Of a DNA stretch of 64,000 bases, positions 1-9,114 are shown piece by piece. Numbering within the stretch: the first letter of the stretch is position 1; each line of letters starts with the position of its first letter. A program made the position numbers and the translations under genes. The stretch is from NCBI GenBank assembly GCA_963790825.1, contig CAWBPM010000004.1, positions 94,987 through 158,986 of the forward strand, given 5' to 3'. The notes beneath the pieces are model-generated. The model worked only from the letters and a program-made list of their open reading frames with translations. It made no database searches and was not told where the DNA came from. Origin of the DNA: Candidatus Levyibacteriota bacterium. Lineage in GTDB: Bacteria; Patescibacteriota; Microgenomatia; Levybacterales; UBA12049.

Positions 1-2429
1 GTACCGGAAATAATATTCCCAACCGGCGTGAAATACGCACTCGGACTTGATCCCGCTGTACCGCCAGGACCAACATAATTAAATGTCGCACCACTGCAGC
101 TACCACTTACCTGCGAAGCGACGGCAACTTGTGCTTTAATAGTAGTCGACGAGGGCTGACTTACTGTGGCTGTAAAATGATTAAAAGCTGCAGAAAAACT
201 GGAGGTAAAAATCCTCGATTCAAAAGTACCTGAGGGCACATAAATACCGGAGTCCGGACCTCCTTGAATAATTTTCAACTGTTTTTCATTCGTATTGGCA
301 ACCATATAGACAAAATTATCACCGTCTGCCTCAGATACTGACGTTAAATCATTAAATCCGGGGAGAAAATTTATACCACCGCAATAGGCTGGTGACGTTT
401 CAAGATTACCGCTCGGATCAGCAGGGTCAATATTGATTACTTGGTATTCCTGCGGTTCAATACCATCATTCGGGATACCGTCTTGTCCGACTAGAACAGC
501 GCGTTCTCCATTCAGTACTGTCAATGACCGACGTGGATAAAGTTCAATATTGGTAGAATTTCCATTATAATAGCCGCTCGTTGCCACGCTGCCGTTTCCC
601 GAACTGCTGGTTGAAAGAAATTTTGGTGCGCTCTTATTAGTTGTATCAATAATATAAAACTGGTCGCTGTCTGGTATGCCGTCACCATTTGCGTCAATTC
701 CTCCGTTTGAAGACATATACGCTCTCGTTCCGTCCGATTTGGCATAGACAGAGTTTGCTGCCTCTTCTGTATTTGATTTTGTATCGAAATCTAAAGAGCC
801 GATACGTTTCCATCCGCTATTTCCTCCCGAAATCCCACCGCAGTTATTACTGCTGATTTTTGGCGATGAACTAGTCGTGGGAACACTGGTCGCATTCACT
901 ATGTCGAGCTCCGGATCAGTTCCGGCGCCGACTGCGACATAAATATAATTATTGCTTCCAATTGTTACGCCCGAGAGTTGGTGGTCTGCATATAGTTCAA
1001 TGTTCCCGCCGTCGCTGCAGTTATTATGAGCAGGACTCGTCGTGTTTCCCCAGTTGGTTCCCGTCTGATTCGACGATCCTGCCGAATATTTCATATCTGT
1101 CCCATTTCCCGGCTGACAGTCATATCCATCCAGTTCAATGCGACATCCGAGCATATCCAAACCACTGCTCGCTGATTTACTGTCAATACTACTTAGATCA
1201 AAAGCATATAAATAACCTCCCGAAGCTACATATCCGGTATTACCTAATATCACTACTGACTCGGCACCATAACCAAAAGGCGATTGATCCTGATTTGGAG
1301 TTGAACGAGAATCGCCCTGATATTGTCTCGTATTAAAAAACGTCCAGTATTTATAGATATGATTGGTCGGATCCTGAAATGAATTATTTCCGCCGCTTTT
1401 AACTTGTATTACAATAACTTCTTTATTTGGCATATTCGTTCCCAAAAGCGCGTATAAGTTACCGCCTGTTGACGTATAATACTTCACGTCGGTTGTGGTA
1501 AAACTATTAGTAAATCCTAATCCCGAAGGGACAAGACCGGATGAACTGTACTTTGTGGAATCGAGCGTAAATGTTCCTTGAAGTGACGGAACGGGAATAT
1601 CTGTATTCGCCGTTACATTGAGATATGCCAGCTTTACTGAGCTCGTCGCATACGGAGAGGTCGCCACGAAGACATCGTTTGGAATACTGGTTGTTACGCC
1701 GTTTGCTTGTGCCGCTACCGCAATTGGAGGGCCATCTGGCAAATCAATAGTCGCGCTAGACAGTGCAGGAGAACACCATTTGGCTTTATTGTTGTTTGCC
1801 AAAGTTACTTCTCCTCCGCTAGTATTGGTCACCTGCGTATTTACTTTAATACCTAAATTAAAATCAGCAACCGTTGTATCGGTAAAAGAAATATTATCCA
1901 GATAGCGAGTCAGGTAGGTAGTGGCCTGCAGAAAAGAGGGGTAAGGCAAATTCCAGGAGACAGTAATGATCACCTGCTTGGTTGAGTTATCTAAAATTCC
2001 ACTATTCGAGGCAACAATAGCATCAGAGTTATTTCTATATACATCGCTAATAACGAGCTGTTGCGTCAATCCGCTCGCTGTCGCAGACCCTGCTGCCAAC
2101 ACCCAGGACGAACCGGATATAACCGGATGGTAGGTACCATCTAGCGCAAAACTGTTCCAGTCTTTTTCGCGGATATTTCTTACCGCCTCTTCTGTTTGCT
2201 GCAGGAGAGCAGTTGCTTGCAGTCGCTGCTCCTCTTGAGGTTTTCCCGCGCGGCTCGTGACAAGCCCGGTAAGAAGTGCCGGAAGGATAATTGCCGTAAC
2301 GCTGAGTGCTAGTAAGAGCTCGATTAAGGATTGCCCGGCCTGCCAATAACTCCGGCTGTCTCTCTTCGCTTGACAAGCGGGCGGGCGGGCATTGTCGGAC
2401 AGGCCGGCCTGCCAGGAATTTTTCTTCAT
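1..2429 (-). CDS. Large type IV prepilin-like protein with an N-terminal prepilin cleavage/methylation motif; partial, C-terminus lies beyond the window edge
   Basis: Minus-strand frame is open from the ATG at 2427-2429 to position 1. N-terminus translates to MKKNSWQAGLSDNARPPACQAKRDSRSYWQAGQSLIELLLALSVTAIILPALLTG. The G|QSLIE plus hydrophobic stretch is the class III prepilin signal with Glu at +5. Only short off-frame ORFs are listed by the track in this span. Confidence 0.55.
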   Translation of the reverse strand, partial: MKKNSWQAGLSDNARPPACQAKRDSRSYWQAGQSLIELLLALSVTAIILPALLTGLVTSRAGKPQEEQRLQATALLQQTEEAVRNIREKDWNSFALDGTYHPVISGSSWVLAAGSATASGLTQQLVISDVYRNNSDAIVASNSGILDNSTKQVIITVSWNLPYPSFLQATTYLTRYLDNISFTDTTVADFNLGIKVNTQVTNTSGGEVTLANNNKAKWCSPALSSATIDLPDGPPIAVAAQANGVTTSIPNDVFVATSPYATSSVKLAYLNVTANTDIPVPSLQGTFTLDSTKYSSSGLVPSGLGFTNSFTTTDVKYYTSTGGNLYALLGTNMPNKEVIVIQVKSGGNNSFQDPTNHIYKYWTFFNTRQYQGDSRSTPNQDQSPFGYGAESVVILGNTGYVASGGYLYAFDLSSIDSKSASSGLDMLGCRIELDGYDCQPGNGTDMKYSAGSSNQTGTNWGNTTSPAHNNCSDGGNIELYADHQLSGVTIGSNNYIYVAVGAGTDPELDIVNATSVPTTSSSPKISSNNCGGISGGNSGWKRIGSLDFDTKSNTEEAANSVYAKSDGTRAYMSSNGGIDANGDGIPDSDQFYIIDTTNKSAPKFLSTSSSGNGSVATSGYYNGNSTNIELYPRRSLTVLNGERAVLVGQDGIPNDGIEPQEYQVINIDPADPSGNLETSPAYCGGINFLPGFNDLTSVSEADGDNFVYMVANTNEKQLKIIQGGPDSGIYVPSGTFESRIFTSSFSAAFNHFTATVSQPSSTTIKAQVAVASQVSGSCSGATFNYVGPGGTAGSSPSAYFTPVGNIISG

Positions 2430-2469
2430 ACTTCTACTATATATCAGATATTTGTTTTGTTCTACTCTT

Positions 2470-3159
2470 TTAATGACCGTGTGCCAGCGTTATGCCATAT
2501 ACTTTCTTTACTCCTTGTTTTTTGAGTATTTTTGCTGCCTCAGACAACGTGGTGCCTGACGTTAGCACATCGTCAACCAAAAATATTGTTGAATATTTCC
2601 TGTCAATTGCTTTTTTTACCACAAATGCATTTTTGATATTCTGTTGTCTGTCAAGTTTAGTAAGTGCAAATTGAGACGTAGTTTTTTTTACACGCAGCAA
2701 ACAATCCTGAAGCGGAAGTTCTAATTTCTTTGCAATTCCCATTGCCAAAAGCTTAGCATGGTTATATCCCCTTGCGCGCTCTTTACTTATATGGAGCGGG
2801 ATTGGAATCAATACGCTATCTTTTGTCAAGACAGTATGAAATGCTTCTTTCTGGATAAGCCCCTCATACATCAGGTCGGTTAATGTCAGCTTCAGATCGG
2901 AAATATACGGCTTATATTTAAAAGCAGAAATTAATTTCTTTGCCGTGCGGTTATAGGAAAGGCTTGAAAATGCGCCGTTAATCGCGAAACGCGTCATGCA
3001 TCCGGGATGGGTCAAACCGTGAACAGACATCCTATTACAAACCAAACAAATACTTTCAACGTCAAATGATAAGTGAGAAAAACACGTAGGACACAGGTAT
3101 GAACCGGGAACACGACAATTTACACAGCGCTTGGGGAAAAGAAAGCTTAAGAGGTCCAT
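2470..3159 (-). CDS. comFC: Competence protein ComFC (phosphoribosyltransferase-like, zinc-finger N-terminus)
   Basis: C4 zinc motif CVNCRVPGSYLCPTCFSHL and the C-terminal PRTase signature IFLVDDVLTSGTTLSEAAKILKKQGVKKVYGITLA. The track ORF 2470..3423 was trimmed to the internal ATG (Met89, MDLLSF...) because the upstream extension overlaps a tRNA gene on the opposite strand. Confidence 0.75.
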   Translation of the reverse strand: MDLLSFLFPKRCVNCRVPGSYLCPTCFSHLSFDVESICLVCNRMSVHGLTHPGCMTRFAINGAFSSLSYNRTAKKLISAFKYKPYISDLKLTLTDLMYEGLIQKEAFHTVLTKDSVLIPIPLHISKERARGYNHAKLLAMGIAKKLELPLQDCLLRVKKTTSQFALTKLDRQQNIKNAFVVKKAIDRKYSTIFLVDDVLTSGTTLSEAAKILKKQGVKKVYGITLAHGH

Positions 3160-3253
3160 ATAGATTAAATGTAGCAGAAAACGAAAAAGCAATGGTATAA
3201 TCCATTTAGAGAGAATAGTATTCAAAGTTTTAAGTTTCCTGTTTTTAGTTCTT

Positions 3254-3343
3254 GGAGAAGTCGCATAGTTGGTCCATTGCGGGGGATCGCTAATCCCCTG
3301 AGCTTTTAACGAGCTCACGCAGGTTCGAATCCTGTCTCCTCCG
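3254..3343 (+). tRNA. tRNA-Ser(GCU), type II with long variable arm
   Basis: GGAGAAG acceptor, D-arm GCA/TGC, anticodon stem GGGGA/TCCCC with loop TCGCTAA (anticodon GCT), variable stem-loop TGAGC-TTTTAACGA-GCTCA, T-arm GCAGG-TTCGAAT-CCTGT. Hand-folded, coordinates +/- a few nt. An extended -10 element TGGTATAAT lies about 50 nt upstream. Confidence 0.7.
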
Positions 3344-3428
3344 CAGCGTAAGAAATTGCTTTGCAATTTCAACGCTGCTGGAACGTTTAAATTTCTCAGA
3401 AATTTATTACGTTCCGCCTTCAATAGAT

Positions 3429-3698
3429 ATGTTCTATTACTGCTATATTCTCCAAAGTCAAAAAGATAGGAGTTTGTATATTGGTTATACTGCAGACCTA
3501 AAGAAAAGATTTATCCAACATAACAATGGCGAAAATAAAGCGACTAAGCCTCATATACCATATAAACTAATCTTTTATGAAGCATTTCTTAATCGGGTTG
3601 ATGCAGAGAATAGAGAAAGATATCTTAAGGGTGGTTATGGAAGGAAAACAATAAATACTCTACTTAACCGATATTTGAAGCCCATCTCAAATCTATGA
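3429..3698 (+). CDS. GIY-YIG nuclease family small protein
   Basis: N-terminus YCYILQSQKDRSLYIGYTADLKKRFIQHNNG matches the GIY-YIG motif (YhbQ/UPF0213-like). 89 aa, lying between two tRNA genes. Confidence 0.7.
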   Translation: MFYYCYILQSQKDRSLYIGYTADLKKRFIQHNNGENKATKPHIPYKLIFYEAFLNRVDAENRERYLKGGYGRKTINTLLNRYLKPISNL

Positions 3699-3779
3699 AG
3701 TAAGAAGGTTGAAATTGAAGAACTAAATCTTGCTTGTCATTGCCTCAAGAACTAATCCGTAGTACAATCAAAAGACTCT

Positions 3780-3865
3780 GGAGAGGTGACCGAGTGGTCT
3801 ATGGTAACGGTTTACTAAACCGTCGAATCGCAAGATTCCGGGGGTTCGAATCCCCCCCTCTCCGC
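3780..3865 (+). tRNA. Type II (long variable arm) tRNA, Ser-like; anticodon reads ACU by hand folding
   Basis: GGAGAGG acceptor, Ser-type D-loop GAGTGGTCTAT, anticodon stem ACGGT/ACCGT with loop TTACTAA, variable hairpin GAATC-GCAA-GATTC, T-arm GGGGG-TTCGAAT-CCCCC, 3' CCTCTCC-G. The A34 is unusual, see findings. Confidence 0.6.
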
Positions 3866-3965
3866 TTTATCTTTTGAGCGTATTTAGCCTCGATGAATTC
3901 TCAACTTTAGAGTCTAAAGCCAGACAAGATTTGACAACCTATTCCTAAGATACGATACTAGGTAT

Positions 3966-4805
3966 ATGGATGAGCAGGTTAAATCATTTCAACTTACTCC
4001 AGCACCTGACAAGAATCATCATAAACGAATAATTTTGTATACAATAGGAGTACTACTTCTTCTAATTATTGGTGGAGGAATAGGATATCTTTGTGCACTG
4101 AACTCTTCGCTCTCTCCTCATTCTTCGTACGAACAAAATAATGGACGAATAATCCCTCCTCAAAATCTTATGGCCTCTCCCCCAAATCCTCCAATTACTA
4201 CTACTCCACATTCATCTATGGATACATCAGGCTGGAAAACTTTCAGTAATCCTAAATATGACTTTGAATTTAGTTATCCAGCAAATCTTGATCTGAAAGA
4301 ATATCCTAATAGGGTGAATTTATATAACAATAATTCTATTAACGGGTCTAATTACATAAACATTGGTATTGTGGAAAAGAAAATACCGACTACACAATCC
4401 TTAAAAGATTTAATTCAACAGGATACCTATATGGATCTGCCAAGCGGGCATAAAGGTTCAATTATTCAAGAACCGCTTACTCCATATCCGTTTGGGCAAT
4501 ATGAGGCCTATACCTTTTCAGGTGGCACCAAAGAAAATGATAAATATATCTATGTAAGAAACGGCACGACAGTAGTGATCTTCTCTGCAACCGGTTTTCA
4601 AACCGGCAGTAGTTACAGTAAAAATGAATTAACTATATTAAATCGCCTAATCTCAACCTTCAAATTTACAAATCAAAATCATACTTCATGTAATTCAAAC
4701 AGCGATTGTCAGAACAATGAAACCTGCCAGATCTGGGGACCACTTATAGCCAACCAGCCTCCAAACAAAGTTTGCACAAAACAAGGCGAAGCTGTTCCTT
4801 TATAA
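3966..4805 (+). CDS. Hypothetical membrane-anchored protein (N-terminal TM helix, Cys-rich C-terminal region)
   Basis: ORF track. TM segment ILYTIGVLLLLIIGGGIGYLCAL, then a Ser/Pro/Asn-rich extracytoplasmic region and a C-terminal CNSNSDCQNNETCQ...CTKQ motif. No recognisable family. Confidence 0.45.
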   Translation: MDEQVKSFQLTPAPDKNHHKRIILYTIGVLLLLIIGGGIGYLCALNSSLSPHSSYEQNNGRIIPPQNLMASPPNPPITTTPHSSMDTSGWKTFSNPKYDFEFSYPANLDLKEYPNRVNLYNNNSINGSNYINIGIVEKKIPTTQSLKDLIQQDTYMDLPSGHKGSIIQEPLTPYPFGQYEAYTFSGGTKENDKYIYVRNGTTVVIFSATGFQTGSSYSKNELTILNRLISTFKFTNQNHTSCNSNSDCQNNETCQIWGPLIANQPPNKVCTKQGEAVPL

Positions 4806-4947
4806 CCCCTTAGTTAACAGGATATTCCTTTGATAATGCTTCTATCATTTTATGTCAATTGCTGTATTTGTTGATATATTATTTCCGGATCTTCAACTAT
4901 TTCTCCCAATTCATAGTTCGAAAATCATTCCATTTTCTTCATAGTTA

Positions 4948-6315
4948 TTAAATAATTCCCTGTTTTCGTTTTATCTCCGTCCAATATTTTTCTTGTCTGC
5001 ATAATTTTCTCTCATCTGCTTTATCTTTCAGAATATATTTGATTGCTTCTTCCAGAAAAATAGTGTTTTGCGATCCTTTTACTAAAATAAGAGCGTTCTG
5101 GGGTAAATGCTCGGAGAGATATTCGCCTGCTCTTTTTGCCGAGTCAAACCAGCGGATTTCCTTAAAGTTCTTATTCTGGTGTTCTACGTCTTGAATCACA
5201 TAGTCGCGAGTCAGTGGTCCAACGCAATATAAATAATCGGCCTGTTTTGCAATTTCTTGGGCAATTTTTTCATGTTCCTGCCCTGCTTCTTTTCCCAGTT
5301 CGCGCATGTCGCCAAAGAGAAATACAAACGGCCGGTTTGTCTGTTTTTTTAATTCCTGCAAAAGAGCAAGAAATGCCCTAACCGCTGATGGAGATGCGTT
5401 ATAGGAAGAGTCAATAATAAGAGTTTCGTTAATGCCCTGGAAAATACTGCCGCGCCCTTTCGGAAGAAGAAAGTTTTTCTCTAAAGAAAGCGTTATTTGT
5501 TGAAGATTAAGCCCTGCAGTCAGTCCTACCAGGATACTTGCAGCAAAAACTTCTTGGTAGACAATTGGCAGAATTTGCTTTAAAAAATGCAAGTTAATTT
5601 CTTCTTTTTTCCCAAGCCAATTCACTATAAATGAATAATTTATTCCCTCAACTGAGATTTTATAAGATTTATAAGAAATAGTGTTCTCTACCCCTTCCCC
5701 GAAGGACAATAGTTCTGTTTTCGTCGTCTTTTTCTGAAAGGCATTTATTTGCTCAGCAATATATCTATCGTCCATGTTATAGATTCCAATTCGACACATT
5801 GATTCTCTGATAATTTTCGTGTCTTCCCATGCCATTTGGCTTAGAATTTGTTCCATGGGATTTTCTATCTCCTTACCCTTGAATATTTTTTCAAATTGCT
5901 CCGTATGTGTCGGTGAAATATTCAGGGAAATTGCAATATCCGGTTTCACAATCGTTAGTAAATACTCCATATTTTTCGGCGGGTTTGGATCATCGATTCC
6001 CATTTCTGCAATTAAATACTTCGTTCCTCTAAGATAATTCAGTCCGAACGGCAATCTCACAACTATTAATAACCAATCAAGCCAAGTAAAACCAACAGGT
6101 GTAATGCCCAAAATCCCAAGCGGCACGCCGGTTTCCGAATTACCCACGGCTTTTGTTAAAAAATGATCTCGTAAGATCGCTGTTATTGCGTTTCGAGCGG
6201 ACGATTTACCGACCGATCCGGCAACGCCGATAACAGTCGGTTTATGCAAAGCGAGTGCCAACCGTGCCCAAAATCGCAAATAGCAAAGGATACTAAAGAT
6301 AAGGTATTTCCTCAT
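4948..6315 (-). CDS. Mur ligase family protein, MurF-like (UDP-MurNAc-peptide ligase)
   Basis: P-loop VIGVAGSVGKSS, then DSSYNASP and FGDMRELG motifs typical of Mur ligases and MurF. Confidence 0.65.
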   Translation of the reverse strand: MRKYLIFSILCYLRFWARLALALHKPTVIGVAGSVGKSSARNAITAILRDHFLTKAVGNSETGVPLGILGITPVGFTWLDWLLIVVRLPFGLNYLRGTKYLIAEMGIDDPNPPKNMEYLLTIVKPDIAISLNISPTHTEQFEKIFKGKEIENPMEQILSQMAWEDTKIIRESMCRIGIYNMDDRYIAEQINAFQKKTTKTELLSFGEGVENTISYKSYKISVEGINYSFIVNWLGKKEEINLHFLKQILPIVYQEVFAASILVGLTAGLNLQQITLSLEKNFLLPKGRGSIFQGINETLIIDSSYNASPSAVRAFLALLQELKKQTNRPFVFLFGDMRELGKEAGQEHEKIAQEIAKQADYLYCVGPLTRDYVIQDVEHQNKNFKEIRWFDSAKRAGEYLSEHLPQNALILVKGSQNTIFLEEAIKYILKDKADERKLCRQEKYWTEIKRKQGII

Positions 6316-6361
6316 GCTCTTGTATTATAGCAAGATTTGAGTAGTTACAAATCATTTGATG

Positions 6362-6450
6362 GGCGGAGGGAGGGGGATTCGAACCCCCGGTGATCTTGCG
6401 ACCACACACGCTTTCCAAGCGTGCGCACTAGACCACTATGCGATCCCTCC
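6362..6450 (-). tRNA. tRNA-Ser(GGA), type II
   Basis: Reverse complement reads GGAGGGATCGCATAGTGGTCTAGTGCG-CACGC-TTGGAAA-GCGTG...GGGGGTTCGAATCCCCC-TCCCTCC-G. Anticodon loop TTGGAAA gives GGA. Coordinates approximate. Confidence 0.7.
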
Positions 6451-6462
6451 ATCTACAACAAA

Positions 6463-6888
6463 CTAATAACTGGAGATTAGTTTTTCCGCTTCCTTCCAGA
6501 CTTTTTTATCTGACGAATACGTTAAACGATCCCCTGTCTCACCAATCGGTAGCCACTGCACATTTTCCATCTCGAAATCATGTTTAGTTATATCACCTTT
6601 TAAATATTCCATGATGTAATAATAAACTGTTTTTTTAATTTTCTCTCCTTTAAACTGATACCAAAAAGTCGTGGGGGTTAATGGTTGTATGATATTGCCT
6701 TTTGCTCCGGTTTCTTCTTCTACCTCTCTAAGAGCTGTCGATTCTTTAGTTTCACCTTTATGCGTATCTCCGATCAGTCCCTTGGGAAATACCCACCCGT
6801 GATGCTGTGAATGCTGCGCCAAAAGAACATACAGTTTCCCGTTTTGCTTTTTATACACTACCCCGCCTGCAGAAAATTCGAATTTCAT
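6463..6888 (-). CDS. NUDIX hydrolase
   Basis: Nudix box GETKESTALREVEEETG (GX5EX7REUXEEXGU) in a 141-aa protein. Confidence 0.8.
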   Translation of the reverse strand: MKFEFSAGGVVYKKQNGKLYVLLAQHSQHHGWVFPKGLIGDTHKGETKESTALREVEEETGAKGNIIQPLTPTTFWYQFKGEKIKKTVYYYIMEYLKGDITKHDFEMENVQWLPIGETGDRLTYSSDKKVWKEAEKLISSY

Positions 6889-7013
6889 AGTTAAATTTCT
6901 AAAAAGATTTTATAAGCTAAATATCAAGTTAACCTGAGCTATTCTTTCTATACTTCGAGTGTAATTATATCGTATTTGCTTGACAAATGCAGGGCAGAAA
7001 GGAAATAATAAAT

Positions 7014-7616
7014 ATGATAGAAAGATTTATTATGGGAGAAACCGGAGAAATACAAATCAATCCCGCTCCTCCATCAGGAGAAGTCTTACCGCCGGCACTT
7101 ACCCCTACGCCGCTAGAAGGAGCACCTTCGGTTTCTCCTCTTGAACCCGCAGCCTCTGACTTAACAATGGCAGAAAATAAGGCCGAAATCGCAGACATCC
7201 AGCACCAATTACAAGAAATGCCTCCAGCAGCTATCGGAGGTTCTGAGCATTCCGAACTAATAGGAGCACCGATAACTGAGACTAATCTACCTACCCCTGC
7301 TCCTGAACAGACTCTCGCTGTGCAGCCCGGACAGAGCCCGGAGAGAGCAGTAGCAACGCCTGGCAAAACACAAACGCATGCTGCGGAAAACAAAAATAAA
7401 TTTCAGAAGTTTTTGGATAAACTTCCCCATCCGATAAAATGGACGAAAAACGAGTTGATTGAATGGCGGGAGCACCCGATACAAAAGCTAAAAGGACTTG
7501 GACTGGGAACATGGAGGGTGGGCTCGCTTTTAGCTATGCTATTTGGCGTCTTTTCTATTTGGCTTACGAAAGTCACCACTAAGCCATTTGCCCAGCTGGG
7601 TCAACGAAAACGCTAA
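7014..7616 (+). CDS. Hypothetical Pro/Ala-rich protein with C-terminal TM helix
   Basis: ORF track 6987..7616, trimmed to the in-frame ATG (MIERFIMGE...). Low-complexity PAPPSGEVLPPALTPTPLEGAPS region and C-terminal hydrophobic LGTWRVGSLLAMLFGVFSIWL. A TTGACA/TAATAA promoter-like pair lies about 30 nt upstream. Confidence 0.4.
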   Translation: MIERFIMGETGEIQINPAPPSGEVLPPALTPTPLEGAPSVSPLEPAASDLTMAENKAEIADIQHQLQEMPPAAIGGSEHSELIGAPITETNLPTPAPEQTLAVQPGQSPERAVATPGKTQTHAAENKNKFQKFLDKLPHPIKWTKNELIEWREHPIQKLKGLGLGTWRVGSLLAMLFGVFSIWLTKVTTKPFAQLGQRKR

Positions 7617-7721
7617 GTGGCGGGCAGGATTCTCAACATAACCGGTTGGATCTTTAGCGAGAGCTATCAACACCTATTCACTCCAGTCAATTGATTTGTT
7701 TAATAAAGACATGGCGAAGTG

Positions 7722-7795
7722 TACGCCTGAGAGGATTTGAACCTCCGACCCTCAGATCCGGAATCTGATGCTCTATCCAGCTGAGCTACAGGCGC
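7722..7795 (-). tRNA. tRNA-Arg(CCG)
   Basis: Reverse complement GCGCCTGTAGCTCAGCTGGATAGAGCA-TCAGA-TTCCGGA-TCTGA-GGGTC-GGAGG-TTCAAAT-CCTCT-CAGGCGT-A. Anticodon loop TTCCGGA. Confidence 0.7.
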
Positions 7796-7878
7796 ATGAG
7801 GAAGGCGAAACGTAATAAATTTCTTCGAAATTTAAACGTTTCAGCAACGTTGAAATTGTTTTGCAATTTCTTACGTTG

Positions 7879-7967
7879 CGGAGGGAGGGAGATTCGAACT
7901 CCCGATCCCGCAAATGCGGGATAGCGGTTTTCGAAACCGCCGCACTCGACCACTATGCGATCCCTCC
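7879..7967 (-). tRNA. tRNA-Ser(CGA), type II
   Basis: Reverse complement GGAGGGATCGCATAGTGGTCGAGTGCG-GCGGT-TTCGAAA-ACCGC-(variable arm)-GGGAGTTCGAATCTCCC-TCCCTCC-G. Confidence 0.7.
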
Positions 7968-8036
7968 AGATTTTACAAAAAAAATCAAATCTTTATTTAA
8001 TTTTGAATTTTACACTTTAAATTTTAAATTATTCCG

Positions 8037-8110
8037 TACCCTCGGGAGGATTCGAACCTCTGACCTCAACGTCCGCAACGTTGCGCTCTATCCAGCTGAG
8101 CTACGAGGGC
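8037..8110 (-). tRNA. tRNA-Arg(GCG)
   Basis: Reverse complement GCCCTCGTAGCTCAGCTGGATAGAGCG-CAACG-TTGCGGA-CGTTG-AGGTC-AGAGG-TTCGAAT-CCTCC-CGAGGGT-A. Anticodon GCG by hand fold. One T-stem mismatch. Confidence 0.6.
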
Positions 8111-8150
8111 TTATCGGTATTGTAGCCGATATAATTGTTTGAAGCAATTC

Positions 8151-8861
8151 TTACGAAGTTTTTTCCAGGGGAAATGTCCGTTCCAGCCAATCTCCAGCTT
8201 TTTCCATAAAAACTTTTTTTACGAATTCCCTATATGGAAGATAGGGTAAGAGTACTGATTTTACCTCTTCTTTTGACATACTGCCTAGTGTAATAACCAA
8301 CTCTCCGGGAAAAAGTGATTGCGTTGTAATAATAAGCACCTCTGCCCCGCTACGCTTTTGGAAGTAAAAATCATAGAGTTCTTGCCAGAGAAAAAAGTAC
8401 TCATCGACTCCAACCCCTTCTGTGCTAATTCGATATCTGGAATCATGCGGCGGAATAGAAACCAAAGCAAACACCGCAAAAACCAGAGCTAAAACGACTG
8501 CCATGAGCGCAATTTGACTAAAAAGAAAGAGGATGATTTCAATTGCAAGCATAATCAGCAGGCAATTAGCGTAGAATTCATGACTGTGTTTACGAAACGG
8601 TCTTCCCGGGCCGGTCCAGGTAAGGAGTGTTTGTACGTCTGTAAAGGCGGCATTTTCTGATTCTGCGACTTTTGTAGTAGCTGGCTTTGTTACGGCTTGT
8701 GTTTTCTCCTGCGTTTGAGTAGCTGATTTTTCCTGCAATGAACTTTTCGCCGTTTTTACTTCTTTTTTTTCCATAGACAATTCCATAGTAATATGCATTT
8801 CCCCAAACGTCAAGTAAGCACTTCTTCCATTGTGGACAAAGACATGATTTGTTATACTCAA
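8151..8861 (-). CDS. Hypothetical membrane protein
   Basis: ORF track. Lys/Thr/Gln-rich N-terminal region, then two hydrophobic helices (LLIMLAIEIILFLFSQIALMAVVLALVFAVFALV) and a C-terminal soluble domain. The true start may be an internal Met (MELSMEKKEVK). Confidence 0.45.
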   Translation of the reverse strand: MSITNHVFVHNGRSAYLTFGEMHITMELSMEKKEVKTAKSSLQEKSATQTQEKTQAVTKPATTKVAESENAAFTDVQTLLTWTGPGRPFRKHSHEFYANCLLIMLAIEIILFLFSQIALMAVVLALVFAVFALVSIPPHDSRYRISTEGVGVDEYFFLWQELYDFYFQKRSGAEVLIITTQSLFPGELVITLGSMSKEEVKSVLLPYLPYREFVKKVFMEKAGDWLERTFPLEKTS

Positions 8862-8870
8862 AAAGCCTTT

Positions 8871-8960
8871 GGAGAGGTCGTCCCAGTCGCGGGACTAACC
8901 TCCTCAATACATTCGGAGAGGTCGCATATCGCAGTGAAGCGAAGACCCCAATTAGCGGGG
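8871..8960. repeat. Two truncated copies of a tRNA-Ser 5' end (GGAGAGGTCG...)
   Basis: GGAGAGGTCGTCCCAGTCGCGGGA... at about 8871 and GGAGAGGTCGCATATCGCAG... at about 8915 share 10-14 nt with the 5' end of the intact tRNA-Ser(UGA) at 9028. They lack D, anticodon and T arms. Confidence 0.4.
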
Positions 8961-9027
8961 GGTGGTCGTCCTGCAAAGCAGGATAAAAAACGAGATAACA
9001 CTCCGAATCAAAGTTTTAGGAATAGAT

Positions 9028-9114
9028 GGAGAGGTCGCATAGTGGTCGAGTGCGGAGGTCTTGAAAACCTTTGTGGCAGTAATGCTACCGCGAGTTCGAA
9101 TCTCGCCCTCTCCG
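9028..9114 (+). tRNA. tRNA-Ser(UGA), type II
   Basis: GGAGAGGTCGCATAGTGGTCGAGTGCG-GAGGT-CTTGAAA-ACCTT-TGTGGCAGTAATGCTACCGC-GAGTTCGAATCTC-GCCCTCTCC-G. Anticodon loop CTTGAAA. Confidence 0.7.

Noticed and set aside
2470-3423. Full-length track ORF (317 aa) for the ComFC gene
   Set aside because: Its first 88 codons run antisense across the tRNA-Ser(GCU) gene at about 3254-3343. The conserved ComFC zinc-finger/PRTase body starts at the internal Met, so the gene was trimmed to 2470..3159.
6965-7512. Minus-strand ORFs 6965..7393, 7287..7484 and 7291..7512
   Set aside because: They are antisense to the Pro/Ala-rich ORF 6987..7616 and arise from its GC-rich Pro/Ala codons. No independent support.
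7861-8142. 93-aa plus-strand ORF
   Set aside because: It lies entirely across the minus-strand tRNA-Ser(CGA) and tRNA-Arg(GCG) genes, and its translation is a low-complexity artefact of tRNA sequence.
8915-9027. Possible structured ncRNA (tmRNA, SRP or RNase P-like) suggested by strong hairpins such as TCCTGC-AAA-GCAGGA
   Set aside because: There is no T-loop or tRNA-like 3' domain and none of the conserved SRP or tmRNA motifs I could recognise. It is better explained as tRNA-Ser 5' fragment plus spacer, and is left as a finding to test with covariance models.
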